Shown piece by piece: positions 62,632 through 64,000 of a stretch of DNA of 64,000 bases (the first letter of the stretch is position 1; each line of letters opens with the position of its first letter). Source of the stretch: Azolla caroliniana (Eukaryota; Plantae; Polypodiophyta); NCBI GenBank assembly GCA_043228905.1, contig JBHGNT010000005.1, positions 7,688,001 to 7,752,000 on the forward strand, given 5' to 3'. The position numbers and the translations under genes are program-made. A model generated the notes under the pieces. The model did no database searches and had not been told where the DNA came from. It saw nothing but the letters and a program-made list of their open reading frames with translations.

Positions 62632-64000
62632 GTAAGATTAAGTAATAGAATTCCATTATTTTGGTTGATCATCTATTGCTTTATTATAATTGCTCTTATT
62701 AACACCTATGAAAACTGTTTTAATAAATCAAATTTACCATTGTCATTGCAACGAAGCTCTATATAAGGACAAAAATAAAGCTAATCTCTTTGAGTCTCCT
62801 TTCTAAAGAGTTACATATGTACATGCCTAAGTAAGAGAATGTTTGATGCAAGGTTCACTTGCCACCTTGGTGATACAACTCAACCTAAACCATGACCATG
62901 ATATGAAAAAATCTTGTAGACAAAATGATCATTTTATATGAAAGTCACTCACCTTATAAGACCCGTCCACACACCAAAAAACATCATAAAGATATAGTTC
63001 TTCCATGATTTTTTCCCGATCAATTCTTATTACTGTGCATGACTAATATTTCATTATTGTCTTTGATTAGACTTCATTAGATATTTTGTCTTTCATTTTT
63101 CTTCTATAACAGGGTTTATACTGTAGTTGGAGGGCTCACGATGAGTTCCTTTTTTATGATCAATGTGGTATATTTAATCGTTTCCATAGGTTGATTAAAG
63201 GAGTGATGGTACAAAAGTTTCTCTCTCTATAGTTCCCCTAGATTTTGACGCACAAGGAAAGGATTGTTTGTTATTTGGATGCATAACATGTTTAAATACA
63301 CAAAATCCATGGTGTGACAATCCAAACGTATGTTTTGTTCATGTACTTTATGATTGGTTAGCCTCTTAGTGTCATATTGGTAGTTACGTGCTATAAGTGG
63401 TTTTTTGATTTTGTATCTTAGTGACATATATGTAAAAAAGACCTACATGAACGAATGAAGGAGTTTTGTGTTGATGCTTGCATAAGGACTCAAGTTTTGG
63501 GACGAATCAAGCCCACTTGTTGTGTACATTCCACTTTAGATTATGCCAATGGTGCATATTTTGAAAAGAAAAGCAACAAAAATACTTAAGAGTAGTAAAA
63601 ATATTGATAAATTACATTACACATCATCATATATTAGATGCAATAAACGTTTGATGAAGGTAGATATTCACGAGTTCTTTCTTTCTTGATCGATTGCTTG
63701 TCTACTTTTGCTAGTGTCAACTCATCTTCCATCTACACTTTTCCCAATTTGTGAGGGTATTTTGCATGTCACAAACCCCATATGTACTTGATTGTTGTTA
63801 ACAATCGGCAATGATTTGGTGCGGTTTGAGTGTTAGAATCGAACCCTTTAAAAATTGAAACTTGAACTGAACCGAACTTAACCACGAAACCGTTGAACTG
63901 AACAGTTAAAAAAATTCAAACTGATAAACCGTAAAAATAGGTATTCATGGTTCAGTTTCAATTTTCAACTAAGGTCAAATTTTAAAATTTAAAATATTTC

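Noticed and set aside
63815-63960. AACCG/GAACTG-rich patch suggesting a MITE end
   Set aside because: No TIR pair or TSD can be defined before the window ends.

Overview
Repeat-dominated eukaryotic window, most likely from a non-seed land plant (inferred from the retrotransposon lineages and a callose synthase gene). Bases 1-43902 are a nest of LTR retrotransposons. Three are related non-chromovirus Ty3/gypsy elements (A, C, F; tRNA-Trp PBS seen in C and F, 4-bp TSDs) with three related solo LTRs. Two are chromoviruses (B, with an intact 1480-aa ORF; G, self-priming Tcn1/Tf1 type). There is also an old Ty1/copia (E) and the 3' part of an unclassified element (D) carrying a coiled-coil ORF. 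Bases 44049-55144 are an 11.1-kb TIR DNA transposon with a Sola2-like DDD transposase, two cargo genes (a RING protein and an FCP1/NIF-like pseudo-phosphatase), and arrays of the palindrome TAGCTAATTAGCTA in introns and at the ends. From 57382 a divergent callose synthase gene begins. Best leads: (1) the cargo-carrying Sola2-like element with its motif arrays; (2) antisense tRNA-like A/B-box modules in the U3 of unrelated LTR families; (3) CpG-centred 4-bp target sites; (4) a conserved GGAUUUU plus pseudoknot -1 frameshift between protease and RT, and a conserved pre-PPT hairpin. All coordinates were read by eye; no searches were run.
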